DNA of 64,000 nucleotides from a virus. The notes beneath the pieces are model-generated. The model did no database searches and had not been told where the DNA came from. It saw only the letters and a list, made by a program, of their open reading frames with translations. The DNA is taken from positions 1 to 64,000 of the IMG/VR virus record IMGVR_UViG_3300044678_002668; one strand, 5' to 3'. The position numbers and the translations under genes are program-made. This document shows, one piece after another, positions 18,251-27,094 of the stretch (position 1 is its first letter; every line of letters starts with the position of its first letter).

Positions 18251-18523
18251 ATGTTATACAGAGTTATTCCTTTCTGGTATAAGCATGAGCAGTTCTTTAA
18301 TGTATATGACGAGGTGAATAAGCGCACTGTTAAGAGCTTCTTTCTCTCTAAGGTTGAAGCGGATCTCTATATTAGAAAGCTTCTTGGTGAGGACACTATC
18401 ATTCAAGATAAGCCCGCTTCTTTCCATAAGAATCCTTGGAAGTCTTGTAGAGAGAAGCGCCTTCTTAGAGAGAAGGCTTTGAATACTAAATTGGATAATA
18501 TTAAGAAGAAGTTTGCCCTTTAA
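18251..18523 (+). CDS. early hypothetical protein
   Basis: 90 aa, TAAGGAGGT SD. Confidence 0.8.
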   Translation: MLYRVIPFWYKHEQFFNVYDEVNKRTVKSFFLSKVEADLYIRKLLGEDTIIQDKPASFHKNPWKSCREKRLLREKALNTKLDNIKKKFAL

Positions 18524-18539
18524 TTTAGGAGGTTCTCTT

Positions 18540-18752
18540 ATGAACGTCAGCAAAAATATCGTTGTGTGGCCATACTATTACAAACCTATTCCAAAACCTT
18601 TTGTAGTTGTTCAATTGGAAGATCATTTTATGGTTTGCAAGGTAGCCGAAGATGGCGAGCTTTTGGAGGAAGTGTCAGTGAAACACTGGAATAAGCTTCG
18701 TGTTCGACGATGGGCCTTTGAATTCGCCAATTTTAATTCCATTAAAAATTAA
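18540..18752 (+). CDS. early hypothetical protein
   Basis: AGGAGGT SD before ATG 18540. Confidence 0.75.
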   Translation: MNVSKNIVVWPYYYKPIPKPFVVVQLEDHFMVCKVAEDGELLEEVSVKHWNKLRVRRWAFEFANFNSIKN

Positions 18753-18784
18753 GGTTGATCCCATATCTACAAAGGACAAGTGTT

Positions 18785-18976
18785 ATGAACAAATTTGTTG
18801 TTAAGGCTAAGTTTAGAGGTCCTAAACTTGACATCATGGTGGTTGATAGGTTTGCCACTCGTGAAGAAGCTGAAGAATTCATTGAGTATTGTTTTGATTT
18901 AGGATATGTGAAGAGAGATCATGGCTACTATCACATAGACATGTTTGAGGGACTGTTCATAGAAGACTTTACTTAA
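18785..18976 (+). CDS. early hypothetical protein
   Basis: AAGGA SD before ATG 18785. Confidence 0.7.
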   Translation: MNKFVVKAKFRGPKLDIMVVDRFATREEAEEFIEYCFDLGYVKRDHGYYHIDMFEGLFIEDFT

Positions 18977-18987
18977 GAGGTTCTCAT

Positions 18988-19134
18988 ATGCACCGTCTTG
19001 ATTACATTGGCTCCTATCTTAAATATGAAATCCATCGTATTACCATTAAGGGTGGCGGTACGACATATGATAAGAGTCTTTTATTTGGATGGCATGAAGC
19101 TGCAAAAGAGGGCGTCTATTATGCGCTCTTGTAA
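18988..19134 (+). CDS. micro-protein (MHRL..., 48 aa)
   Basis: GAGG SD; overlaps next gene; not in ORF track. Confidence 0.65.
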   Translation: MHRLDYIGSYLKYEIHRITIKGGGTTYDKSLLFGWHEAAKEGVYYALL

Positions 19135-19441
19135 GAAGTGTGGAGACTCCTATAATCCAGAACTTAGGCGAGGTAAGGGTGGCCTCATTACAGAATGTCA
19201 ATTCTGTGCTGAAGAGAAGGTAGTTAAATATACGGGCAACATGATATATGACCATAAGACTGGATGTTCCATACAAATCAATACAGACCCTAGTCTTACG
19301 GCCTATATTAGAAAGTCCACAGAGCTTAAGAACAAAGGTTCTAACCTCGCTAATAACCTCAAGGTAAGTGGCATAACAAAGGGTATGGGTAGATGTTTGG
19401 TTTCTGTAGCGGCGTCTAATGCTAAAGGAAGGAAGGTATAA
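19121..19441 (+). CDS. Zn-ribbon (CxxC...CxxC) protein
   Basis: MRSCKKC...ECQFC; start 19121 within ORF 18998..19441. Confidence 0.65.
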   Translation: MRSCKKCGDSYNPELRRGKGGLITECQFCAEEKVVKYTGNMIYDHKTGCSIQINTDPSLTAYIRKSTELKNKGSNLANNLKVSGITKGMGRCLVSVAASNAKGRKV

Positions 19442-19442
19442 G

Positions 19443-19826
19443 ATGGACTTAACAGGCTTTTTTATTTTCTCCACTGATAATCCTAAACACACTCCAAAGA
19501 AAGATAAGCATGCCGTATTGGGCTATCTTATGGAGAACTCAGAGGTTATGTATAAAACTTCTGGAGTATTTGGAGGTAAAGAAGAGGTTACATACATGGC
19601 TAAGTTTAAGGGAGAGGCCATGTTTTATAGGATTAAAGATGTCATCTTGGAAGACTTAGGTCAAGAAGCTTTCTTAGAAGTTACACAAACAAAAGTAATA
19701 TTCCACACTTTAGGAAACAGTGATTTCTTTTTAAGGAAAGAAGAGATTTCTGTTAGCGATACTAGAGACCATGTTAAGCTGCCTGATGGACGTAGTTTAC
19801 ATTTTGTAATGGAGGTATCTTTGTGA
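19443..19826 (+). CDS. hypothetical protein
   Basis: GGAAGG SD before ATG 19443. Confidence 0.7.
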   Translation: MDLTGFFIFSTDNPKHTPKKDKHAVLGYLMENSEVMYKTSGVFGGKEEVTYMAKFKGEAMFYRIKDVILEDLGQEAFLEVTQTKVIFHTLGNSDFFLRKEEISVSDTRDHVKLPDGRSLHFVMEVSL

Positions 19827-19999
19827 TACGTATACCAAGATGGAAAAAAGACAATAACAATTATAGATTTGCCATTAGAAAAGATAGAAAAATAGAAGCC
19901 TCCTATAGTGCAAGGTTTACATACTATTGTTTGAATGTTGGTAAAGTTATTGGCGCTTTTGAAGAAGTGTTTAGAAACTCTTGGAGGCTTTCATGTTAA
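19823..19999 (+). CDS. micro-protein B1 (MIRI..., 58 aa)
   Basis: GTGA overlap, GGAGG SD. Confidence 0.65.
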   Translation: MIRIPRWKKDNNNYRFAIRKDRKIEASYSARFTYYCLNVGKVIGAFEEVFRNSWRLSC

Positions 20000-20151
20000 G
20001 TACTATGGGTGTACTTATGTCTCTTGCTGGGTTTGTTATGTCTGTTGCCTATCTTCCACTTAATGCACAGACCTCTTATCATTTCTTTTGTGTAGCGGTG
20101 GTGTTTGGATTAGTGGCCGCCATTGGAGCTTATGCAGAGCAGAAAGAGTAG
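19993..20151 (+). CDS. small two-TM membrane protein (52 aa)
   Basis: GGAGG SD; MLSTMGVLMSLAGFVMSVAYLP...FFCVAVVFGLVAAIGAY. Confidence 0.65.
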   Translation: MLSTMGVLMSLAGFVMSVAYLPLNAQTSYHFFCVAVVFGLVAAIGAYAEQKE

Positions 20152-20158
20152 GGTGTAT

Positions 20159-20305
20159 ATGGAACAGATTCCTAATTGGAATGGTAGGTTTCACATCATA
20201 GGACTTCTTGTTCAAGAGTTTGGCATGGATGTTCAATACTCAACTCAGCCTAGAAGTTTTTTAGAAATCAGAGATTTCTCTTGGTATTTAGATAGGTCCA
20301 TATGA
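20159..20305 (+). CDS. micro-protein B2 (MEQI..., 48 aa)
   Basis: ATG 20159; ATGA-coupled to next. Confidence 0.65.
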   Translation: MEQIPNWNGRFHIIGLLVQEFGMDVQYSTQPRSFLEIRDFSWYLDRSI

Positions 20306-20472
20306 GAAGTTTATTTAAGCGTACAGGTTGTGTGTGGTATATTAAGTTATTTATTGATTCTGGAATTCCAGTCATGCGGTATGATAGTGCCACTAACATT
20401 AAACATTTCGCCACCTATAACGATTTAACAGAAGGGCTTCATTATGTTTTGGTTTGTATATACGTGGTCTGA
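20302..20472 (+). CDS. micro-protein B3 (MRSL..., 56 aa)
   Basis: ATGA overlap. Confidence 0.6.
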   Translation: MRSLFKRTGCVWYIKLFIDSGIPVMRYDSATNIKHFATYNDLTEGLHYVLVCIYVV

Positions 20473-20623
20473 TGGTACATATATCCATTCTGAATGTGTT
20501 GAGAGCTTCGATGAGATGAGAGAGACTTTAAGAAAATATAGAGAAGCTTTTGGTCCTTGTGTTAAGGTGTGGTATAGAGGTATGGATAGAGGAGAAGCTA
20601 CACAAATTAAGAAGGTAGGTTAA
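20444..20623 (+). CDS. small hypothetical protein (MFWF..., 59 aa)
   Basis: manual translation, tiles between neighbours. Confidence 0.6.
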   Translation: MFWFVYTWSDGTYIHSECVESFDEMRETLRKYREAFGPCVKVWYRGMDRGEATQIKKVG

Positions 20624-20624
20624 C

Positions 20625-20804
20625 ATGAAATTTTGTAAAGTATATCTGCTCTTTAATGATGGCTACACTCTCACCTTTCTATGCACACCTGATAAGTGTG
20701 AGTCCTACATCAATCGCATTACTCATAGCCGCCCTGCTAAACACGTATCTGTTAAGGAGTTCATTAAGCTTCCTCAAAGTGAAAAAGAATATTGGGAGTA
20801 TTGA
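20625..20804 (+). CDS. small hypothetical protein (MKFC..., 59 aa)
   Basis: AGGT SD; manual translation. Confidence 0.6.
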   Translation: MKFCKVYLLFNDGYTLTFLCTPDKCESYINRITHSRPAKHVSVKEFIKLPQSEKEYWEY

Positions 20805-20806
20805 TA

Positions 20807-20956
20807 ATGAGACGTCTTGACAATTACAAATATTCCGCTGCTAGTTTTTATTATGCTCCTCAACACGTTTTCGATTTATTTTCAGAAGAATTTGAAAAGA
20901 TTTTATTGGTTAGTTCTTTTGTATATTCTTTTCGAGCTTGTTTAACAAGATTATAA
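20807..20956 (+). CDS. micro-protein B4 (MRRL..., 49 aa)
   Basis: GGAG SD; aligns ungapped to B5. Confidence 0.7.
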   Translation: MRRLDNYKYSAASFYYAPQHVFDLFSEEFEKILLVSSFVYSFRACLTRL

Positions 20957-20967
20957 AAGAGGTGAGC

Positions 20968-21117
20968 ATGAATAAGTTAAATGATAGTGGATATTTTGTA
21001 TGTAGACATATATACAGTCCTCCTGAAATTTGGAATATATATAGCGATTATGTACAAGCACAGCTTTGTGTTGGAGAAATACGAAATTATTTCAAACAAG
21101 TACTTGGAGTGTTATAA
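20968..21117 (+). CDS. micro-protein B5 (MNKL..., 49 aa)
   Basis: GAGGTG SD; aligns ungapped to B4. Confidence 0.7.
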   Translation: MNKLNDSGYFVCRHIYSPPEIWNIYSDYVQAQLCVGEIRNYFKQVLGVL

Positions 21118-21119
21118 AA

Positions 21120-21326
21120 ATGCAAACATTATTCCGAACTAGATATGCTAAGTATGCCGCTTTTAACTTTAGAAAAACAAAAGGAGGAGAGCTAGTTGTA
21201 GACATTATTGTTAGGCCAGAAAGTAGTCAAGAAAAGCTCATTAAGAAGGAGGTGTCTTATACCCGCTTTGTTAAACACATCAAAACAAATGGGTGGTTAA
21301 ATGAAATTCGCAAAGCTTCATCCTAA
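21120..21326 (+). CDS. hypothetical protein
   Basis: ATG 21120 with GGAG SD. Confidence 0.6.
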   Translation: MQTLFRTRYAKYAAFNFRKTKGGELVVDIIVRPESSQEKLIKKEVSYTRFVKHIKTNGWLNEIRKASS

Positions 21327-21501
21327 GTATGGTTTGTTACAGTTTGAATATAACAAAGAGAGGTGTACACTCAAAGTAATTGACGGTATTGGTAATGACC
21401 TGATGCTAAAGTGGCCTAAGAAAATGTCTCGTTTGTATTTCGATTATGTTATGTTAGATAAAGCAATGGAAGAGGAGATGAAGAAATGTCCAATGAACTG
21501 A
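21301..21501 (+). CDS. hypothetical protein
   Basis: 66 aa ORF tiling the operon. Confidence 0.6.
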   Translation: MKFAKLHPKYGLLQFEYNKERCTLKVIDGIGNDLMLKWPKKMSRLYFDYVMLDKAMEEEMKKCPMN

Positions 21502-22163
21502 ACCTAACCCCAGCACAACAGCAAATTGTAGAAGATGTCAAGAAAGAGTTTCTTAAATACAACCTTGACACCACACAAGAAAAACATGCAGATGCAGAAG
21601 AAGCCATTAAGCGTTTGTATAAGTATGAGAAACGTAAAGAAGCAGATGACTTGGTATTTATGTGGGTAAAGAATCCCATTCAAGGTGCTAAGCTCGCTGC
21701 TTATTTCCATCTTGAGAAGAATAAAAACATGAGTAAGGAGGAACTCCAACAAGCCTATCAAGACTACCTTGATGGTAAGCTAAAAGGATTTAAGAACATC
21801 AATGCTAACCATGCTAAAGAACAGACTAGCTCAGCTTCTTATGGTAGCTTTGAGTCTTATTGGGTGGCTGTCTATCATGCTGTTAAGAACGTAATTCAGG
21901 GTGAGAACAACGAGCTTATTCACATTCTTGTAGACATCGTTAAGAAATGTGGGGTATTCTGGAGGTTTGATAAGGGTGTCATCCTTTGCAACAAACCTTT
22001 GGAAATTCATACGCTTAATAACGAACGTCTCCATAATGATAAGGGACCAGCTCTTGTATATCCTGGACTTAAGATGCACTTCTACAAAGGAGAGTTTAAG
22101 AACAGTCTTTTGGATTTGATGATGGCTAACAAAATTAATTTGGAAAAGTCTAGTAACGAGTAA
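21486..22163 (+). CDS. DUF6745-like protein
   Basis: C-terminal 'GSFESYW...CG.FW...ILCNKP..IH...RLHN.KGPA..Y' pattern. Confidence 0.65.
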   Translation: MSNELNLTPAQQQIVEDVKKEFLKYNLDTTQEKHADAEEAIKRLYKYEKRKEADDLVFMWVKNPIQGAKLAAYFHLEKNKNMSKEELQQAYQDYLDGKLKGFKNINANHAKEQTSSASYGSFESYWVAVYHAVKNVIQGENNELIHILVDIVKKCGVFWRFDKGVILCNKPLEIHTLNNERLHNDKGPALVYPGLKMHFYKGEFKNSLLDLMMANKINLEKSSNE

Positions 22164-22193
22164 GGTTTTATTAACGAGTTTGAAGGGAGCTTT

Positions 22194-23357
22194 ATGAATA
22201 TTCGTACACTTAAAAAGGTATTGCCCGTATTGTTTTCACATAACATCGTTCCATTCTTGTGGGGTAATCAAGGTATTGGTAAGACCCAATCAGTAGGACA
22301 GCTAGCTAAAGAGCTGGGCTATGGATTTGTCCATCTCAACTTTGCCACTCAAGAGGTGGGTGATTTGGTAGGTTTGCTTGATAAGCGGCCTGATGGTACA
22401 GTGGCCCACTTGCGTCCTAATTGGATGCCCACTGACGAGGATGGTCCCCACATCATCTTCATGGATGAGCTTAACCGCTCTCATCCTGACGTGATTCAGG
22501 CCCTATTCTCGCTCATTACAGAGCGTCGTATCCATCAACATAAGCTGGGTAAGGAGTGTTATTTAGTGGCTGCTGGCAACTACAATAACGAGAAGTTCAC
22601 TGTCACTGACACGTCAGATCAGGCATGGAACTCTCGCTTCTGCCATCTTGATGTGACTCCATCGGTGGAAGAGTGGCTTGATTACATGTCTGATAAGCAT
22701 GGAACTAAAGCTTCAGATGTGTTGGATTTTATTAGGGAACTTCCCTCTAATCTAGAGGGCTCTAGTAAATCTTCTTCCACTCTTGACACTAACTTCTTGC
22801 GTCCTGATAGACGTTCATGGGAGTCCATCATCAAGCTTGATTGTGAAGAACGGCTTAGTGAGGGAGTTAAGTTCGAGGTATTTCAAGGTCTTGTAGGTAC
22901 GGCATCAGCCGCTAGCTTCCTTTCTCATAAAGAAAACAAGGAGAAAGCTGTAAACCTTGACGACATTCTCCTTCGTTTTGATAAGGGAGTTAAGGAACGC
23001 TTGGATAAGCTTGTTAATAAAGCCGTCTCTACGGAAGTTCGGTTTGACATCTACAGTCAACCTGTTAATGAGCTGCTAGAGAAAGCCACAACGAAGCCTA
23101 AGTACCTGCTTGAGAATGTGCATAACTTGATTAAGTTCCTTGAACATATGCCTTCAGAGATGGCGGTTAATGTTCTCACTAAGCTGGGTTCTCTCAGCCA
23201 AGATCAAGTTAAGGAAGATGATTTGGATATTGTTAGGGAGCTTAAAGACAACACAGTTAACAATGCAGAACTGTTGTCTAAGGTTCTCTTGAACAAAGAG
23301 AAAGAAGCCGAGCAGGTTCTTCCTAAGAAACGTGGTCGGCCTCGTAAGGTAGTTTAA
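22194..23357 (+). CDS. MoxR/dynein-related AAA+ ATPase
   Basis: Walker A GNQGIGKT, GDLVG, Walker B FMDELNR, AAGN, D.A..SRF, RSW; C-terminal AT-hook-like KRGRPRK. Confidence 0.92.
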   Translation: MNIRTLKKVLPVLFSHNIVPFLWGNQGIGKTQSVGQLAKELGYGFVHLNFATQEVGDLVGLLDKRPDGTVAHLRPNWMPTDEDGPHIIFMDELNRSHPDVIQALFSLITERRIHQHKLGKECYLVAAGNYNNEKFTVTDTSDQAWNSRFCHLDVTPSVEEWLDYMSDKHGTKASDVLDFIRELPSNLEGSSKSSSTLDTNFLRPDRRSWESIIKLDCEERLSEGVKFEVFQGLVGTASAASFLSHKENKEKAVNLDDILLRFDKGVKERLDKLVNKAVSTEVRFDIYSQPVNELLEKATTKPKYLLENVHNLIKFLEHMPSEMAVNVLTKLGSLSQDQVKEDDLDIVRELKDNTVNNAELLSKVLLNKEKEAEQVLPKKRGRPRKVV

Positions 23358-23400
23358 TAATTAAGTATTGTTTAAGGCTCTTTATTTAGGAGATAATTAT

Positions 23401-24669
23401 ATGAGTATTGTTCCAATGAATACTAAAGCTAACGGAGTTCCCTTCAAACTCGATGAGCTTATGATTAAGCTCCTGACTAAAGAGCCTTTCTTTGCTAACC
23501 TAATCTATCAATGTAAGATTAAGTACGACCACCCTAAGATTCCCACAGCGGCAGCCACATTTGAAAAGTATACTCCTGTCATCTTCATCAACAGAGACTT
23601 CATGAGCATGTATACTCAAGATCAACAGGTAGCCGTACTTAAACATGAAGTGTTGCACCTATTACTTGGCCATGTGCAAGATGCCCGAGCTAAGGGTAAA
23701 CATATGCAGGTATGGAACTATGCTGTTGATTGTGCCATCAATCAATACATTGAAAATATTCCTGAGAAGATGTGGGTATTTAATCCCGAATCTAAAGAGT
23801 GGGAATTAGGAGGTTCTGCCATCACCCTTTCCACCCTTAGAAAAATGCTTAACCAACCTAATCTAGAAGCTCTACAAGCCGCTGAATACTATTATGAAAA
23901 GCTTATGGAGAAAGGTAAAGAGAACTTTGAGAAGAACAAAAGCATGGGCTCCGTTATGGATGTTCATGAAGATATTCCTGACAGTGGAGAGGGTACAGAA
24001 GAAGGTCAAGAGGAAGGTAATACTCCAGGACAAGGAAGCCTACAACAAGAACAGATGAAAGCCGCCGCTAAGGATATGTTAAGTAAAGCCCTTAAGCAAA
24101 CTAGTCCAGGTTCTGTTCCTGGAGATTTGGTTAAAGCTTTTGATTTCTTGTTCCAAGAATCTTCGCTTAGCTGGAAGTCTATGCTTCGTAACTTTGTGGC
24201 TAGTGCCACGTCAAGCAAACGTAAGGCCACACGTAAGAAGCCCCATCGTAGGTTTGGATTGGAAGTTCCTGGATATAAGAAACATCGGGAGCTTAAGGTG
24301 GCCTATTGCATGGATACTTCTGGTAGTGTTAGTGAAGAGCAGTTTAATTCCGGTGTATCGGAAATGATTAACATGCTTAAGAGCGGGATGATTAGTGAGC
24401 TGCATGTGATTTATGCAGACTGTAAGGTTAACAAGGTAATCAAGGTGGATAAGGTAAGCAAGGTGCCATATGAGCGACATGGCTATGGTGGTACTGCCTA
24501 TCAACCAGCCATTGACAAAGCTAAAGAGATTGGATGTGATGCCATTATTTATTTCGGTGATATGGATACCGCTGATACTCCTGAGAATCCTCATATCCCT
24601 TTTATGTGGCTAACTGTTGGGTCCACTGAAAAGCCTGGAAATTTTGGACTTATGGTGGAGCTTAAGTAA
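23401..24669 (+). CDS. HEXXH metallopeptidase-like + VWA domain protein (DUF2201-type)
   Basis: HEVLH, WNYAVDCAIN, MIDAS DTSGS, GYGGT, YFGD. Confidence 0.9.
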   Translation: MSIVPMNTKANGVPFKLDELMIKLLTKEPFFANLIYQCKIKYDHPKIPTAAATFEKYTPVIFINRDFMSMYTQDQQVAVLKHEVLHLLLGHVQDARAKGKHMQVWNYAVDCAINQYIENIPEKMWVFNPESKEWELGGSAITLSTLRKMLNQPNLEALQAAEYYYEKLMEKGKENFEKNKSMGSVMDVHEDIPDSGEGTEEGQEEGNTPGQGSLQQEQMKAAAKDMLSKALKQTSPGSVPGDLVKAFDFLFQESSLSWKSMLRNFVASATSSKRKATRKKPHRRFGLEVPGYKKHRELKVAYCMDTSGSVSEEQFNSGVSEMINMLKSGMISELHVIYADCKVNKVIKVDKVSKVPYERHGYGGTAYQPAIDKAKEIGCDAIIYFGDMDTADTPENPHIPFMWLTVGSTEKPGNFGLMVELK

Positions 24670-24818
24670 TGGAAGTAATAGTAGGTGGATTAAAAGCTAT
24701 CAGGTGGTCTATACCATCTGCACAACTTAATCGTAGGATTTTAATTTCTCCTTGGAGAAGAGGCCTATCAACCAGTATGTTAGAACTTTATTTTGAAAGA
24801 ATGTTATGGATTTTATAA
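24669..24818 (+). CDS. micro-protein C1 (MEVI..., 49 aa)
   Basis: TAATG-coupled to VWA gene. Confidence 0.65.
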   Translation: MEVIVGGLKAIRWSIPSAQLNRRILISPWRRGLSTSMLELYFERMLWIL

Positions 24819-24943
24819 AAAATCTTTCTTTTTATAGAGAGGAAAATCGCCATCCTTATTTGCACACACTAAATACAAAATATTTTATTCTTAGATTTGA
24901 ATATGTACACATCTTAAATCTAGCTCAAAGCTATTTGCATTAG
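24806..24943 (+). CDS. micro-protein C2 (MDFI..., 45 aa)
   Basis: 13-nt overlap with C1. Confidence 0.65.
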   Translation: MDFIKNLSFYREENRHPYLHTLNTKYFILRFEYVHILNLAQSYLH

Positions 24944-24951
24944 GGGGAACT

Positions 24952-25095
24952 ATTTTTTTAATAGAAAGACTTATTAGAATTCTCTATAGAAGTTCCACGT
25001 ATAATGTGGAGATTGAATTTTTAGTTACTTATCAAGGAGGTTGGTCTCCTTTAGTTAGAACAACTTTGATGAGATTGTTATATGACGTTTATTGA
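24952..25095 (+). CDS. micro-protein C3 with ATT start (xFLI..., 47 aa)
   Basis: AGGGGGA SD, ATT codon, open frame fills the gap exactly. Confidence 0.45.
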   Translation: MFLIERLIRILYRSSTYNVEIEFLVTYQGGWSPLVRTTLMRLLYDVY

Positions 25096-25240
25096 ATATA
25101 TTTTTTCAGAATATGGTCCCAGTTATGAAATGTATAACATGTTCAAATGGTATAGCGATTATAAAAGATTAATGGATACGAATGGTGTTTCTAATTTTAT
25201 AATGGAAGATAGTTTACAATTTAACCTGGACAGTATATGA
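25082..25240 (+). CDS. micro-protein C4 (MTFI..., 52 aa)
   Basis: MYNMFKW motif. Confidence 0.7.
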   Translation: MTFIEYIFSEYGPSYEMYNMFKWYSDYKRLMDTNGVSNFIMEDSLQFNLDSI

Positions 25241-25383
25241 GTAGGATTAAATTTAGGGGTTCAAGAAGTAGATTGCAAATGGTTGAGATGTTTTTTTGGA
25301 TGGGTGATGGTTATTCTCAATATATAGACAGCTCTCAATTTAAATCAATAATACGTGTTTTTATGGAAGAGAGGGTGTTGTGA
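25237..25383 (+). CDS. micro-protein C5 (MSRI..., 48 aa)
   Basis: ATGA overlap; MVEMFFW motif. Confidence 0.7.
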   Translation: MSRIKFRGSRSRLQMVEMFFWMGDGYSQYIDSSQFKSIIRVFMEERVL

Positions 25384-25556
25384 ATAAGATTAAGTATTTG
25401 AACTCAGATTTTATTCGTCATGCTGATGCAGCCCACAGTATGCGAAACATATTTAACTGGTCAAAATTACCTTCAAAACTTTCTTCAAGTTTTTATCATG
25501 GTATGACTGTGTTTGGTATTAAAGAACATTTCTTTGAGTGTTTAGAGTGTTTATAA
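25380..25556 (+). CDS. micro-protein C6 (MNKI..., 58 aa)
   Basis: GTGA overlap; MRNIFNW motif. Confidence 0.7.
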   Translation: MNKIKYLNSDFIRHADAAHSMRNIFNWSKLPSKLSSSFYHGMTVFGIKEHFFECLECL

Positions 25557-25569
25557 GGAGTATGTGCCA

Positions 25570-26283
25570 ATGTCTAAGTTCCAATATAAGTTCCTCATGT
25601 TAACCTTTGTAATATTGTTCTTTCTATTAGGCCTTAAGGCAGGAGCTACTGGCGACCAAGTAAAGGTATTGGTGGTGGATGGAGAGCTTCCCTATGGGGC
25701 GTATAAGAAGAATGGAGGGGTGTCTTGTGGTATGGCTCCCATTACAGAACCCTTTTATCCTAATAACGAAACTGTTAGACATGCCCTTAACATTGCCTTA
25801 ACCATTAGTCAGGATAATGATGGGGTATGTGTGGATGTTATGCCTCTCTACACCACGTCCAGTAATGCCGATAAGGGGGGATGGGAATATGATGGGGACC
25901 TCTATCATGCCGCCCTTAAGGCTGGTCTTAAGTACGACATTGTACACCTGTCCTTGGCTGGAGATAGGGAAGCTTCCATTGAGAAGCGTCTCATTAAGGA
26001 TTTAATTAAGTCTGGAGTCATTGTGGTGGTTAGCTCAGGTAATTGTGAGGAGAATGTTGAGACATGTAAGAAGGTACAATGGCCAGCTAACTACATTCGA
26101 GAAGAGGTCTTTAAGAACTCTAATAGGTTCGTAGTGGTGAGAGCTAAGAGCGTATCTAATAATCTGGAATATGAGGATGTGGCCTTCACTGAGAAAGCTT
26201 GTAGCCATCCTAGAGGCATGACTAAAGGAATGTGTGGGAGTAGTCAAGCCGCTGCTTGGTATACAAGGAAGCTCATTCCATGA
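25570..26283 (+). CDS. exported minimal subtilisin-like (S8) peptidase
   Basis: signal peptide; VKVLVVDG (Asp), RHALNIA (His), VVSSGN (oxyanion Asn), GSSQAAA (Ser). Confidence 0.75.
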   Translation: MSKFQYKFLMLTFVILFFLLGLKAGATGDQVKVLVVDGELPYGAYKKNGGVSCGMAPITEPFYPNNETVRHALNIALTISQDNDGVCVDVMPLYTTSSNADKGGWEYDGDLYHAALKAGLKYDIVHLSLAGDREASIEKRLIKDLIKSGVIVVVSSGNCEENVETCKKVQWPANYIREEVFKNSNRFVVVRAKSVSNNLEYEDVAFTEKACSHPRGMTKGMCGSSQAAAWYTRKLIP

Positions 26284-26405
26284 AAATGCTAAGCAGCCTC
26301 ACACTCGTAGTTCCCATATCAAACATAGATGATTTAATTAGTAAACAAACTCCGTATTTAGATTCACAATATCAAATATGGAATGAAGGAATATTAATCC
26401 TATGA
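26280..26405 (+). CDS. micro-protein D1 (MKML..., 41 aa)
   Basis: ATGA overlap; clear paralog of D2. Confidence 0.75.
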   Translation: MKMLSSLTLVVPISNIDDLISKQTPYLDSQYQIWNEGILIL

Positions 26406-26548
26406 TAAAATTAAACAGTTTCCTCAACTTAACCTACGACTTACGCATCTTAGCTCCCATCTCAATTGTACATGATTTAATTCATAAACCGACTTTGTAT
26501 TTAACTTATCGTGAAGATATGTGGAATAAAGGATGTGTTTATGCGTAG
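26402..26548 (+). CDS. micro-protein D2 (MIKL..., 48 aa)
   Basis: ATGA overlap; clear paralog of D1. Confidence 0.75.
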   Translation: MIKLNSFLNLTYDLRILAPISIVHDLIHKPTLYLTYREDMWNKGCVYA

Positions 26549-26663
26549 CTTAAAACCTATTTATAACTTGTTTGGATGGGATGATTTGTTGGATAGGATG
26601 TATTCTCATATACCTTATGCCACCTATGAATTCTGGAAAGAGGCTTCTGAATGGAATACTTAA
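26541..26663 (+). CDS. micro-protein D3 (MRSL..., 40 aa)
   Basis: AAAGGA SD; 8-nt overlap. Confidence 0.7.
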   Translation: MRSLKPIYNLFGWDDLLDRMYSHIPYATYEFWKEASEWNT

Positions 26664-26812
26664 TTGTTTTCCGTGAAAAATATAGTTATAAACTACATAT
26701 GATAAACACCATAGAACCTTCAATGGAAATTGATTATAAAATGTTAGAACATGAAAGCTATAGACCAGCCCATTTTACCTTTTGGTCGAATGTAAATTGG
26801 AATGTGGTATGA
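26651..26812 (+). CDS. micro-protein D4 (MEYL..., 53 aa)
   Basis: GAGG SD; 13-nt overlap. Confidence 0.7.
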   Translation: MEYLIVFREKYSYKLHMINTIEPSMEIDYKMLEHESYRPAHFTFWSNVNWNVV

Positions 26813-26955
26813 ACAATATTTCTAATCTTTATCTAGCATTGTATACTAGTACGTATTTTATTATTAAAGCAAGAGAGAATAATCCTATAGCTATAGATGC
26901 TCCTGCTTATTGGAGCGACATCATTAAGAAAGTTGAAAGGTATGAGTATGTCTAA
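26809..26955 (+). CDS. micro-protein D5 (MNNI..., 48 aa)
   Basis: ATGA overlap. Confidence 0.7.
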   Translation: MNNISNLYLALYTSTYFIIKARENNPIAIDAPAYWSDIIKKVERYEYV

Positions 26956-27094
26956 ATTAAAAGAGCTTTATAGGATTGTGTTTGAACGCAGAGATCTTCA
27001 TGTTAAGATTAACCCTCTTTATTTTCATGAAGAGTTTTATCCTGGGCATAACTTCTTTTGGGATACCGCTATAAGGAAAGGGAATTTTCTGTGA
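26948..27094 (+). CDS. micro-protein D6 (MSKL..., 48 aa)
   Basis: AAAGG SD; 8-nt overlap. Confidence 0.7.
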   Translation: MSKLKELYRIVFERRDLHVKINPLYFHEEFYPGHNFFWDTAIRKGNFL

